DNA from: the human T2T-CHM13v2.0 reference genome, Homo sapiens
Strand: one strand, 5' to 3'
Assembly: GCF_009914755.1 (NCBI RefSeq)
Contig: NC_060928.1
Length of the DNA stretch: 64,000 nucleotides
In this document: positions 33,665-51,359 of the stretch, one piece after another
Layout of the letters: each line of letters starts with the position of its first letter
How positions within the stretch are numbered: the stretch's first letter is position 1
Program-made: the position numbers and the translations under genes
The notes under the pieces: generated by a model
Database searches by the model: none
The model's input: the letters and a program-made list of their open reading frames with translations, nothing else
What the model was told of the DNA's origin: nothing

Positions 33665-34613
33665 TAGTCTCAACGTGAGCAAGCTAGCATGGTGGACTGC
33701 ATTGTGGCGGGGTATGGGGTTGCAAGGAACCTAGGCTGGAGTCTCCAGGCTCAGGGCTGGCCTCTGTTGCTTGCAGTTCTTGAGTCCCTAATTCATTCCT
33801 CCAAGGGGAAGAATAAATCCTCTGAAGTTTCAAATAGGAAGAAAAGTTATGTTAGAGAGGAGAAAAGTACTCCACATTCCAGAGTTCTATGTTGGAAGTA
33901 TTCTTTGTGTTACTACAGCTGACTCATATGCCAGTGAAAAAATCAGCCAGTTTCTGGGGATTTGCATCTAGAGATCAGGAAAAGGACTTGGGGCTACTTT
34001 TATCCTTAGGAATGTTATTGAAGGACAAGGTGTTAAAATTTGCTTTGAACTTTATAATCCTCGAATCCGGGAGACTCAAGTGGTCAAATTAGAGAAATGG
34101 GTGGATGATAGCTTGCTGTGGTTACGAGATGCTTTTCCTGAATATAGCACTGTTGATGTGAATATGAAGCCAGTAGCACAAGAGCCTAGCCAAGAAGTTC
34201 CTGTTAATAAGCTGAAAATGAAAATGAAGCCTCAGCCCTGGTCCAAATGCTGGGACTGTCCAAATTTTAATATTTAAGGAATAATATTTGATCCTTGTTT
34301 CACTGAAGAACAAATGAAAGCAGCTTAGAAGTAGAGACAGCTGTGGCTTGAATTTGATACGATGAGGGAATATGATGCTTTAAAAATTGAAGCTGCAATA
34401 TGGGATGAAAATGAAGCATCCAGAAAGTCCTGATTCTGAGAATGAATTTGGTTACTTGCAGAAGATATATTGGCTCTAAGAGGATATATTGAGAGACCAA
34501 TTTAATTTCATTTATAAGAACACAGTCATTAAATGAACTAAGCATTCATTGTTTCATCAGTACTTTTTTCTAAAATAAAACTTGCACACCAGTTTATTAC
34601 TCTAAAAAAAAAA
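33665..34613 (+). pseudogene. Processed pseudogene of MRPL19 (mitochondrial ribosomal protein L19)
   Basis: Intronless match to MRPL19: MVDCIVAG..., then [88 protein letters not shown]. Several stops, terminal TGA at 34431-34433, AATAAA at 34574-34579, A-tail at 34604-34613. Confidence 0.92.
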
Positions 34614-34831
34614 GAATTATATATGCCAAATGGTCCAATATCCATTCCCTTACTGGAGGCACAGTTACAATAGGAGTCAGAGCATCACCAGAATGCTCTT
34701 TAATGAGCATGGAATCTGAGCAAGGGCATTGGTGGAGTGATCTTTCTTAAATTGTGAAATAAATCATAAGCACAACAATGTATGATTTACAGAATAATAA
34801 AATGGACATTTACATAACCATCATCAGGTTA

Positions 34832-35218
<387 letters not shown>

Positions 35219-35274
35219 TCAACTAGCTGTTAAATCAGATAATTTTATTTTCTTTATATAGCAAATGTCAGTTA

Positions 35275-35400
35275 GGCTGGTCCAATAGTAGAGGGTTATC
35301 AGAACTTATTAACATTAGTGTCACTAAAGTTGGTGTACAGCCCTGCCCCTGCCACCCCCCACCCCGTGCCAGCTAAATTTGACTGGCTTAAAAAAAAAAA
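35275..35400 (+). pseudogene. Y4 RNA (RNY4) retropseudogene
   Basis: GGCTGGTCC...GGGTTATCAGAACTTATTAACATTAGTGTCACTAAAGTTGG...GCTAAATTTGACTGGCT followed by an A-tail. Confidence 0.9.
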
Positions 35401-35703
35401 CACCAAAAAACAGTCCATGAAAGCTTTGAAAACTACTTACTTTCAACTGCAAAAGCACATTTTCTGAAATTTCTTTCACATAACACATGGTAACATTTGC
35501 AACGACTGTCTTTGAATAACTTTCTCTTGCCTAATAAACAATTTGAGATAGAATTAACAAGACCTTTTTTAAAAAAATAAATGTTGGCTGGGTGCGGTGG
35601 CTCACGCCTGTAATCCCAGCACTTTGGGAGGCCGAGGCGGGTGGATTGTCTGAGGTCAGGGGTTCAAGACCAGTCTGGCCAACATGGGGAAAACCTGTCC
35701 CTA

Positions 35704-36006
<303 letters not shown>

Positions 36007-36709
36007 CTAAGTATTTAATTTTTGGTTCTTGTCTTGATGGAGCAAGGTATATTAAAGATTTATCAAAATTTACACTCATGAACTATGACCTGTGAAGACA
36101 GATGTTACATGGACTACAGCACAGAGCATGAGTTAGGAAGACACTTAAGGAAACCTGTGTAGTTCTCTACAGCCCCATGGGAGTAGTTCTATGTCTGTTA
36201 GAATAAGACTATAGTTGCACCAGTAGATTCTTTAAGGAAGAGAGGAGAGTAGGAAGAGGGAACCTGATTTTCTGAGCACTTAATATGTGTCAGACCTTGT
36301 GCTAGCAGGACTGCATAAGGATTTTTGCTTGTTCTTCGTTTTATGTCTAGTGACCCTTATTCTTCCTTCAGATCTCAAGTGTTTCTTAGTATGTGGAGCT
36401 TTCCCAGACTTGACCAAATTTGCCTATCACAAATTCCTAGAGCACCATGTACCTCCTATCATAACATGCATCATAGTTGCAATTTGACATTTATTTGCAT
36501 GATTATTTTTACCAATATTATCTCCCCAGTGAGCTTGTCAACTCATAAGGGCAGCCCAAATCAACCAGTGGTGATTGGTTTTGCTTCCCATTGTAGCCAC
36601 AGTATCTGCCACAGTGCTTGTATGTATCAGGAATTTAATAAATATGAAGTGGACAAATGCATGGTTGAAATTTAAGCTTATAGTCATATAGATCTACATT
36701 TGAATCCTT

Positions 36710-37510
<801 letters not shown>

Positions 37511-38168
37511 TCTGACTCTAGAAATTATTAGATAGGCTTTGTGAAGTTGGGCAAGTTATTTAACTTTTCCGAGTCTGAACCTTATCTCTAAAATAGAGAC
37601 AATCACACCAACCCTCCTGGGGGTAACTGTCAGCTCTAAACGTGGTAATATGTGTAAAGTATATAGCCAATTGTAGGTATCACATTGCAAATGCTTGAAA
37701 AAAATAATTACAATTTTTTGTTAGACATTTTATAAAACTTATCTTCTTTAATTCTTATAGCTGTATGGTGTTGATTACCATATCTCCTCATCGTTATAGG
37801 TAAGGAAACAGGCATAGAGAAGTGAATGTGCCCAAACTATATAGTCAAAATAAAAAAAAAAAACACCATGAGCATAAAATTTTTGAAATACTTTTAGATG
37901 TTTTTATATTTGAGTATCTTATTGCCCTGAGGCACTCCATCCATTGAAATAATGGTTTCTGTGCTTTAGGGGGAAGAACAGATATGAATAGGAACAAAGA
38001 AGCAACTGTCAAATGGGATTTTTGAGTCTCCAGCATAGGATTAATCTTGAAAGCCAGGCTTTGTCAAGTGAGAAGGGGTTTAAAAAAATCCTTCTGCATG
38101 GATTAACTTATCAAGAAGCAGGACTGGTGAGTGTGAAGGGTTTCTTTAACTGAAAAAAACAGAAGTTA

Positions 38169-38450
<282 letters not shown>

Positions 38451-38453
38451 TCA

Positions 38454-38576
<123 letters not shown>

Positions 38577-39358
38577 TTAAGAATCCAGTACCCTGATCCC
38601 ACACAATGCCCATTTGAATGCTGCTGTTTATCCAGTTTCAATGTTTATAACATCTACTTCTCTATGTTGTGAACAATAAAGTTTGGTGGAGTTTTAATGG
38701 CTTCTCATTGCACTTGGGATAAGATCCTAATTTCTCAGAATGGCCCGTAAGGCCTTAGATGTTTAAGTTTTCAGTCAGGATTTTTACATAAAATTAACAC
38801 AATCATAATGATAGGGTTTATTTTCTTGATTAGTCCAGAAGCCAGCTGTCCAGGGCCAGTGTATCTACTTGAGGAAGTCATAAAAGACAGGCTCCTTCTT
38901 GCACCCAACTCTGCCACCCATACTGTGTGGCTTTTGTCAGTATTGGTGTCAGGATAGCTCCTCCTTCTCTAGGAATTATGTCCTCCTTTCAAGCTGGAAT
39001 AAAGGAAGGAGGCGAAATGGCAAAGGGTAAATGGTGCTTATGAAATGAGCTAATTCCTTTTTACCAGGAAAACAATACCCTTTCTGGAAGACCCACACAG
39101 TAGACTTCCACTTTCATCTAATTGACCAGAAAGAGCCACATGGCCCCTTTAGCTGCAGAGAGAACTAGGGAGGTGAAAGTTAAAACTAGGCATATTTCTA
39201 CACATAATGTGGAAGAAAGAATGAATGGGTATTGGGAAGCACCCAGCAGTGTCCACCATACTGGCCTTAGTACAGATTATTATGCCCCTAGTTTACTATG
39301 CTTTAGTTTATTGGCCTTTCTATTCCTTGATTATTTTATTTTATTTCATTTTTTTTGA

Positions 39359-39466
<108 letters not shown>

Positions 39467-40057
39467 TAGCTGGGATTGCAGGCAGCCACCACCACGCCCA
39501 GCTAATTTTGTATTTTTAGCAGAGAAGGGGTTTCACGTTGGTCAGGCTGGTCTTGAACTCCTGACCTCAGATGATCCACTTGCCTTGGCCTCCCAAAGTG
39601 CTGGGATTACAGGAGTGAGCCACTGTGCCCAGCCTCCTTGATTATTATTTTTATTTCTTTCCTACCTCAGATCTTTTTTTCAAGGTACAGTCTTATCTGC
39701 CTTGAATGCTCTTTTCCTAGCTTTTTCAATGACTGGCAGCTTCATGTCCTTAGGTCTCTGCACAAAAGTGACCTCATCAGAAAAGACATCCTTCCCCTGC
39801 AATCTAAAGTAGTCACTTCTCCCTCAACTATCCTGTCCCTCAGCAGTTATCTATTTCCTTCACAACAATTTTCCTAATCTGGAATTCCTAGTTTATTGGT
39901 TTACTTATTAATGTTTATTTCCCTCTCATATAAAGTAAGCTTCATGAGAGTAAGACCTTGTCCATTTTGTTCACAACTGTATTCATGGCACCTGGGGTGG
40001 TATGCTTGGTAAATAGTATTATTCGTCATTATGGTATAATGTGAATAAATGCAAACC

Positions 40058-40455
40058 TGAAAGAGGAAATCCTTTAAGATGGATCCCACGTGGCTAACAA
40101 ATTTTAAACAGAGCCAAGTGGCCATTTGCCTACTAAAGGTCACCCACATACTCTGAGTTCACTGAAAACTCACACCTCTATTGAACTTTGGGATTTACAG
40201 AGCTCACCTGAACCAACCAATAAGCTCAGCTGTGCCAACCAATCAGAATTAAGCTAGCTTGAATCCCTCATTTGTGTAAACAGACCTAGTTAGTAATCTG
40301 GGTGGCAATTTTGGTTATAAAATCCAAACCGTCTCTCTGTTCTCTGGAGCACACTTCTGTTTTATACCAAAGGCTGTGTTTCCCTGGTTTGCAAACTGTT
40401 CACTGGAATAAAGTCTCTTTCCTCCAAATTCCTTTTCAGAGAATGTTTGTTTACA
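40058..40455 (+). mobile_element. Unclassified ERV1-type solo LTR
   Basis: TG...CA ends, two CCAAT boxes, TATAAAA near 40316 and AATAAA near 40407. Family not identified. Confidence 0.5.
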
Positions 40456-40487
40456 ATGACTAAATAAATGCAGAAAAAAAAAAGAGA

Positions 40488-42239
<1,752 letters not shown>

Positions 42240-42979
42240 GGGAAATAGTTGGGATTCTGAATTACTCTTACTTTTAACATACTCATCAATTCTAATAATC
42301 ACATATGTCACTTTCCTATTTAAAAATTCTCATTTCTCAGTGTTCTTGGTCTGTCTCACCAACTATTGCAAGATGCCCTTGAAGTTGGTATATGCTTCAT
42401 AAATTTTTAAAAAGTCCTTACTTCTCCTTAAATTCTGATGACATCTGTTTAACTAATTTAGGATGTGGGTAATTTGATGAGGAGATGTTTTGTTTCTACC
42501 CAAGAGCAGGTTGCAGAACATGCACTCACTACACCTGAGCAGATGTGCAGTATGCATCCCTGAAGGGAGGAACCCAGGAGATCTGGCTGTCCCAGCTAAT
42601 TGCAGTTTTGTTTCAGTGCCATGGAATTGGTTTTGTTTGTACAGTTGTTTGCACAGGTTCATCAAACTAAGTTCACGCTAGCCTCCCCTTAGGGAATATG
42701 GAGTTATAAGACTAGGGTCTGAGGAGCTTCCTGTGAGAACTACTTTCTGTTGCTCCCTTTCTTTGATTGTTGACTTTGTAACTCACTGCTTTTCTCCTGT
42801 CTTCTCTAGTGACTAATTTGTCAACAGACTTTGGACACGCTGAACTTGATGAACAGAGCTGGTCTAATACATTTCCAGTTTAAGCAGTGATTAACAACAC
42901 TGAGAGCAAAGTTTATCTGACCAGAGGAAGCCGAGTACTGATATTTATCTTTAAAATGCACATTTCAATAATAGTACTT

Positions 42980-44066
42980 CTCAACCTGAGAAAGCAGTCA
43001 AAATAAACAAAGCTGGACACTAGTTAAAGCAGTAAGGACAGACTTTATTCAGTGATGCTAGTCCAATAGGGAAAAGAGTGTAATACAAACTAATCCCACA
43101 CTTCCCTGAAACAAAAGGCTGTGGTATGCAAAAAGGAAAGGCACAAAAGGATCTTAAGTTTTGGGGGGTGGCAGGGGGGCACGGTGGTTTGTTGATTGAT
43201 GTGATTAGGCCATTTGGGTTTGTTAACTGGCTCTTATCCAGAGGAGAAACAAACTTCTATCTTTATGATAGGAGGCAGTGGTGCTAGCTAAAGCAAGGTA
43301 CCGGTCTTGTACAGGGACTAGGAGCTAGGGTGAGTTATCTTTCTGAATATTTGCATTTCAAAGAGATGGCTCCCAAGTCTTTGAGGAAACTGTGTTGGGT
43401 GGTAGACTTACATCACCAAGGGTAGAGAAACAAGCTTTCTAAAGTGACTGCTCTAAGAAGGGGTTCAGGGACCTATCTGCCTATCATCAAGTTTTGGCTG
43501 GAACAAACAGTAAATTCTCCAGGCATTGAGTTTTGATTTCAGGGAAGCATTTTAACGGGATCTGGGGTCAGCCTAGGGACAAGGCCTTAAGCTACTGGAA
43601 GCTATGCTAGAGTATAATCAAATCTCTCAGTGCCGAGAAAAGAACTTTTATATGAGGAAGGTAAATCCTTTTAAATTACCAGGCCCAGAGAGACATTAAA
43701 ATGAGACAGCAATTACATCCTACTCCCCACTTTGTTATGCATTCATCTCTTTAAACTGCTTACTATAGCCACAAGTAGCTAAAAATTAACCTAATAATGG
43801 TACACTGGACACTGTAACTCGCACCCTATAGCTTAACGTATAGCCAACCACTAACCAATACTATTTCTACAAACCAGTAATTCTTTACAACTTTGTATCA
43901 GTCAACTCCCTGTCCCCTTTTTGCCTTTAAAAACCTGATTGTAACAAAGGTGGACAGGAGTTCACATTTAAGGTTACTTGGGTCTGGGTCTTCTGGGCAG
44001 CTGTCCTCACTTTGGCTAAAGTAAATGCTTTAAGTTCTATCTCGTGCCTCAGCGTCTAGGTTGACA
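42980..44066. mobile_element. Probably two adjacent old ERV1 (MER4-group-like) LTRs
   Basis: LTR-like composition and termini, with a boundary near 43630. Families not identified. Confidence 0.4.
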
Positions 44067-44569
44067 GTGTAGTTTGAACAGTCAATACCTGTCGAGAGTT
44101 CTGCAGTTTTCAGAACAATGGTTGTTAAAATTCGATTAATCTGGCTTTTAAGATGGTCAAAGTTTTGTAACGTCGGTGTATTGGAACCACACCACAGAAA
44201 CAGCGGATCATGTAAGTAAAAGTCAAATAGTTGCCACATCAATAAGCTAATATAAATGAGGTAAGCCTGATTACAAGCTGCTTTGGACAGTCTGGGTTTC
44301 CAACTTTGTTTGTCGGTTTGTTTAATTTTTGCCTCTCAAGTTTATTATCCAGTATTATGTGTGTTGCCCTCTGTTCCTCCTCCAGCACGTGTGCCTATTT
44401 TCACAGCTTTTCTCCTCCACGAGTTTCCAAGGGCCACAACTGGTCCTAGCAAAGCCTTGTGAATGAAATCCAGCAATTGGAGCAGACAACTTGGTTAAGA
44501 AAACAAAAACAAAAAACCAAGAAACCCTTCAAGATACGAGGGCTGAGTCTCTGGACTATCTCCTCTTGC

Positions 44570-45027
<458 letters not shown>

Positions 45028-45174
45028 TTCCCATAACGAAGTATTATTCAAAAATATGGCTAAGACCTGCGTCCTTCCGCAACAACTTACTCCCTAAAAA
45101 AACCAGAGCAGGGCCAGGCGCGTTGGCTGAGGCCTGTAACCTCAGCACTGTGGGAGGCCCAAACAGTTGGATTA

Positions 45175-45486
<312 letters not shown>

Positions 45487-45519
45487 TCACCTTTCCTTTC
45501 CTCTGACACTTTCTTGGTA

Positions 45520-45949
45520 GTTCCCTGCGTCCCCAAGTAAGCCTGCGCAGACTGGGAAGTCTGGGAAGTCGGAGAAGGAAGGCGCTACCAAGCCGACAAC
45601 GCACGACCTTTGCTTTGCGGCGCGGCCGTAAAGCGCCATTACGCAGAGAGAAAGTTACGAGGTTCGTGGCCGCGGTTTCCCCAGGCAGCTGGCGCTGGAG
45701 GCTTCGGCGTCACGTGCTGGTCTGGATTTTTCTCGATGCACTGGGGAAAGCGGTGGACTCTTATCGTGGGAGGGCTCTTGATCTGTGATTTATAGATAGG
45801 CACAGCTACTCCCGTTCGGGAACCCAACGGCAGACAGGTCCTAGTGCCCATCAGATACCCGCGGCCGGGACTCGGAGCTGTGGGGTGTGGGGAGGCGGAG
45901 GCACCAACTAAGAGCGACCTAGCATCGCAAAGCCGCCCTCGGGGCGCTC
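45520..45949 (+). promoter_or_regulatory. NUDT9 CpG-island promoter and 5' leader
   Basis: High CpG density, YY1-like CGCCATT at 45634-45640, E-box GTCACGTG at 45709-45716, no clear TATA box. Confidence 0.75.
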
Positions 45950-46056
45950 ATGGCGGGACGCCTCCTGGGAAAGGCTTTAGCCGCGGTGTCTCTCTCTCTG
46001 GCCTTGGCCTCTGTGACTATCAGGTCCTCGCGCTGCCGCGGCATCCAGGCGTTCAG
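45950..46056 (+). CDS. NUDT9: ADP-ribose pyrophosphatase NUDT9, coding exon 1 (mitochondrial presequence)
   Basis: ATG at 45950 gives [35 protein letters not shown]+AG, Arg-rich and free of acidic residues. GT donor at 46057, phase 2. Confidence 0.95.
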
Positions 46057-48111
46057 GTATTCCACCCTCCTACTACCGGCTCCTTTGCCCTAGACCTTGA
46101 GTTGGGGGTGGGAAGCAGCTTTTTTTTCTGGCGTATTCTGTAGGCTTTGCTTTGCCTCTCGGGTTTTTATAGTCATATACAAGTTTTCAAAAAGGCTCTA
46201 AAATATTTTATCTGCCTTTTGAGGAAAACGAGTGGCAGGGACCCTTCTTGACTTCTGATTTTGAAATTTGCCATTCTCTGTAAATCATTGTTAGTATCAC
46301 GAGAGAGTTTAAATAGCAATTGTTTGGGGTGGTGGTGTCCCGTGCCATTTTTTTATGGTTAATACTTAAAACATTATTATTAGTATTAATACATGTACAT
46401 AGTTAAAACAACTTGAAAATGTAAAATGAAAAGTAAAATCACTATTCCCCCTGTCCCCTTTCCAGGGTGGACAATATATTATATTTACTATCTACCTCCT
46501 TTTTTTTAATAATTTGTCTATTGTGGTTAAATTTAGGGATTTATGGTGTCTTACACTGCCTCCTTCTGTTCTTCCCTTCTCCAGTTTTTATTCTTTGAGT
46601 TAGTAAACACAGGGTCCTAGGTGCAGCAGCCTTTTCTTATTTTATAGATATTAAAAGTCTTGAATCTACAAAGATGATAATTAGAAAAATCTATTTCCTA
46701 AATAATTTACTTACTGTTGGTCAATTGTTCTGTGTCTTTTTGGTCCTGTTTCCTTCTGTTGCTTTTTCTCGAACATGTGATGGGCACTGGTTATCTGTCT
46801 ATATTTTGATTAATATGAGTAATAGGTCTTGTTTTCAGTACATGGGTCGCTAATTGACTTTTGGCTCTGTACCAGGTTGCCTAGATAGGAAGGTTTCAGT
46901 TGAGGGCATGTGAGCAGGTACCAGATGGGTAGACTGGGAACCTGCCTTTTGCTTCAGGCTTTGCAGTAGTGGTGGAGCAACTTCTCTGCTGAGTATAGCT
47001 GTTTATTTCCTCCGTGTGAACTGTAAAATTATTAAGCCTAAGTTTCTGCTGTGTACTCTTAACACCAGTATTCACAGTAGGGGTCCTACCCCTTCATTTC
47101 TAAAAAACTTTTGATTTTATCTTGGAGACAAACATAACTATTTTGGACTTTTTGCTTGGAGATTGGGGAGGGAGGAGGACTGAGTGATTTCCATGGTTAT
47201 TGTCGCGCTGCCAGTTTATGATCCTTGGGCCCACTGACTTCAAGCTTGAAACCTCTAGCTCGGCTCAGCTTGTAGGAATAGCATTTCTCCCTAATGCGTT
47301 TTTTTTTTTTTTTTTTGAGAAGGAGTTTCGCTCTCTCGCCCAGGCTGGAGCGCAGTGGCGCGATCTCGGCTCACTGCAACTTCCGCCTCCTGGGTTCAAG
47401 CGATTCTTCTGCCTCAGCCTCTTGAGTAGCTGAGATTACTGGCGCGCGCACGCCCGGCTAATTTTTTTTGTATTTTTAGTAGAGACAGGGTTTCACCATC
47501 TTGGTTAGGCTGATCTGGTCTTGAACTCTTGACCTCGTGATCCGCCCGTCTCGGCCTCCCAAAGTGCTGGGATTACAGGCGTGAGCCACCGCGCCCGGCC
47601 TTGGTGCATATTCTTATTTTACTTTGTCCTACTCTGGTTTGTAGGTCAATATTCCAACAACTTTTCATTTTCCTGAAGTTGGTTACCATCTGTCATTCAC
47701 TGGTGGCATTTATTCCTTCTCCTGGTACGGATTTTATTTCCCTTTATCTATCTTTATCTTCTTTTAGTGGGATTTGAGGAAGGAAGGAATACACGTGTGT
47801 GCTCTCTGGAAATCTCTAATGCTCTTTTTGTTAGATGCCAGCAGAACAGTGTAAAGTTGCTTGACAGTTATTCTTCGTTTTTGTAACTCTGGGAACCCTA
47901 CATGAGGCAGGTATATCCAGAACCAGAGACTGTACTGACTTGAAAGAAAAAGCCAACAGTTAACAAATGTGCCAAGTACCTGGTAACTAATGTGGCAGAA
48001 TAGCTTGAACCGGGGAGGTGGAGGTTGCAGTGAGCTGAGATCATGCCACTGCATTCCATTCTGGGTGACAGAGTGATACAATGTCTCAAGAAAAACAAAA
48101 AAAGAATTTTA

Positions 48112-48201
<90 letters not shown>

Positions 48202-48450
48202 CTAGGCAACTTAGCAAGACCCTTGTCTCTAAAAAAAAAAAACTGGGCCTGGTGGCATGCATGTGTAGTCCTCACTATCAGTAGGATCAGAGTAGGCTCA
48301 GAGACTACTAAGTGATCAGTAGGATTGCTTGAGCTCAGGAGTTGAGTTTGAGGCTGTGGTAAGCTATGATCGCATCACTGCATTCCAGCCTGAGTGACAC
48401 AGCAAGACCGTGTCCCTAGTGTTCTTTTCCTTTTTTTTTTTTTTTTTTGA

Positions 48451-48747
<297 letters not shown>

Positions 48748-51359
48748 TGAAAAAAAAAAAAAAAAAAGAATTTTACCAGTCTTTGATAATTTGGAAAAAC
48801 CCAGAAAGTGACAGTTTTGCACTTAGTTTTTGTGATTACTAGAAGGTTTCCAATGTTCATTTTCTTTTTTAATTGCTCTGTCACCTAGGCTGGAGTGCAG
48901 TGGTGTGATCATGACTCACTGCAGTCTCAACCTCCTGGGCTCAGTGATTGTCCCAGCTCAGCATCCTGAGTATCTGGTACTACCGGTGCGCACTACCAGG
49001 CCTGGCTAATTAAAAATTTATTTATTGTTTGTAGAGATGGGTCTCCCTATGTTGCCCAGGCTGGTCTCAAACTATTGGGCTCAAGTGATCCTCCTGCCTT
49101 GGCCTCCTAAAGTTCTGGGATTGTAGGTGTGAGACACTGCTCCCAGTCATCAAATGTACATTTTCTAGAAAAAAGGTAGTATATTACAAAGATGTAGTGA
49201 ATGCTTTTACATACCACAACATACAAATCTTCCAGAAGGATCTACTGGTGACGTGTGTAGAATATTGTTTTATTCCTGTGAATGCATAAAACATATGAAT
49301 GAACCAAAAATGAAATAGAGATAGTAAAACATAGTGTTAAGAGCCTGGAATTCTAAGACAGCTTGCCTAGGTTTGGATCCTGATTTCTACTCTCAGTTGT
49401 GTGACCTTGGTAAACTTATTTACCTCTCTGGGTCTTAATGTTCTTATTTCCTTTTTTTTTTTTGAGACAGAGTCTCGCACTGTCGCCCCAGCTGGTGTGC
49501 AGTGGTGTAATCTTGGCTCTCTGCAACTTGTGCCTCCAGGGTTCAAGCGATTCTCCTGCCTCAGCCTAGTGAGTAGCTAGGATTACAGGCGTCTGCCACC
49601 ATGCCTAGCTAATTTTTTTGTATTTTTAGTAGAGACGGGGTTTCACTGTGTTGGCCAGGCTGTTCTTGAACTCCTGACCTTGCGATCGCCTGCCTCGGCC
49701 TCCCAAAGTGCTGGGATTACAGGCGTGAGCCACTGCGCCTGGCCTTAATGTTCTTATTTATAAAAAAAAAAATTGAAAAAGGATAATATGGCCTGGTGTG
49801 GAGGCTCACACCTGTAATCTCAGCACTTTGGAAGTCCGAGGCAGGAAGATTGCTTGAGCCTAGGAGTTCAGGACCAGCCTGGGCAACATAGAGTGAGACC
49901 CCATCTTGACAAAAAATAAACAAAATTGGGAGTCGCTCAGCCTACCTGATTTACCAAACCACTCCCTTGCCAAAAAAAAAAACAAAAAACTAAACCAAAA
50001 AAAAAAAAAGCCAGGTGTGGTAGCATATGCCTGTAGTCCCACCTACTCAGGAGGCTGAGGTAGGAGGATTGCTTGAGCCTGGGAGGTCGAGATTGCAGTG
50101 AGCCATGATTGTACCAATGCATGCCAGCCTGGGTAACAGAGTGAGGCCTTGTCTCAAAAAAAAAAAAAAAAGTTAAAAAAAAAAAAAGTACCTGAACTCA
50201 GTTGTGAGGATCAAGTGAGTTAATTTACAGTGCTTAGAACACTGTCTTGCACATAGCAATCACTATATACATTTAGGTGTGATTATGACAATGATTGTTG
50301 CAGATTTTATTTCAAAGCACCACGTCAGTATTGCATTTTTAAAAGTTTGCCAGTCTTAAGAATTGGTTTTTGCCATGTAAATGGACTTTATCAGCTACTT
50401 AGTTCCCATTTGCTAGGCCAAATATATTTCTTGCACTTGTTCAATAATACAATACAAAGGTCAAGGCTGTATATGTGTGTATTACAAGTATTCTTTTTTC
50501 TGGTACCTTACAGTGTATCACATTTAAATAGCATATATAGATAGCAGTGTTAGCACTTCTTGATGTGATAAGATGTATAGCCTGAATTTTTGCACAATTA
50601 AATTTGTTTTAGAAAAGTAAATAATCCAGTGTGTAAATCTGTCTTGTCAAGTAGGTAGATTTGTGGAATTCCATAAACATTTTATTGCTAAATCAGGGAA
50701 CAAAGAGCCTTAAGTTATTTAAACATTTTTGGTACGTGGGTGGGATGGAGTGGAACAGGATTAGTGTTTCCTGTTTGGTATTTAATTAATGGCCTTAACT
50801 TTTTTCTTGCCCTACTCCCAAACCATGAAACATAACTCATTTTGTGATAGGGTTCAATTAGAGATTAGGGTTCCATATGTTAAAATTTTGCTTTTTAAAA
50901 CACCTGAAGTCTGTTTGCTAATTTTGATAAATGTGTTTCATATATGTATTCATTTTTTATTGAGTATGGGTTTAAGGTGAGTGAGGGAGACTTTATTTTC
51001 AGAATATTCATTGTGTAGGTTTCCTAAACTGTGGCAGCTGAGGCAAGAAAGTTGTCATAATCATAATATGAAAGTGAATGAACCTACTGCTTTTAGTAAA
51101 GTTAGTCACAAATCAAATACTCGCTCACGTTACACTAGTTTTCAGCCCGTCTGGGGATATTAACTTCTTTATTAGTTAGGTTTTCCCTCATTTTTGGGTG
51201 TTTTACCACACTTTGCAGATGTAAAGTGAGTGTAAAATGAAATAGTAATTGTTTCAGAGTCTTTAAATGTGATGAAAGAGAACAGCTTGAACAGTATATA
51301 AAACTGTAGACACACAAGAATAGGAAAGAATGAAACCAGTTAAAAATCCAACTGACAGT

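Noticed and set aside
43163-43177. 15-bp inverted match (GGGGGGTGGCAGGGG) to the Y4 loop expansion
   Set aside because: G-rich low complexity 7.8 kb away; chance cannot be excluded.
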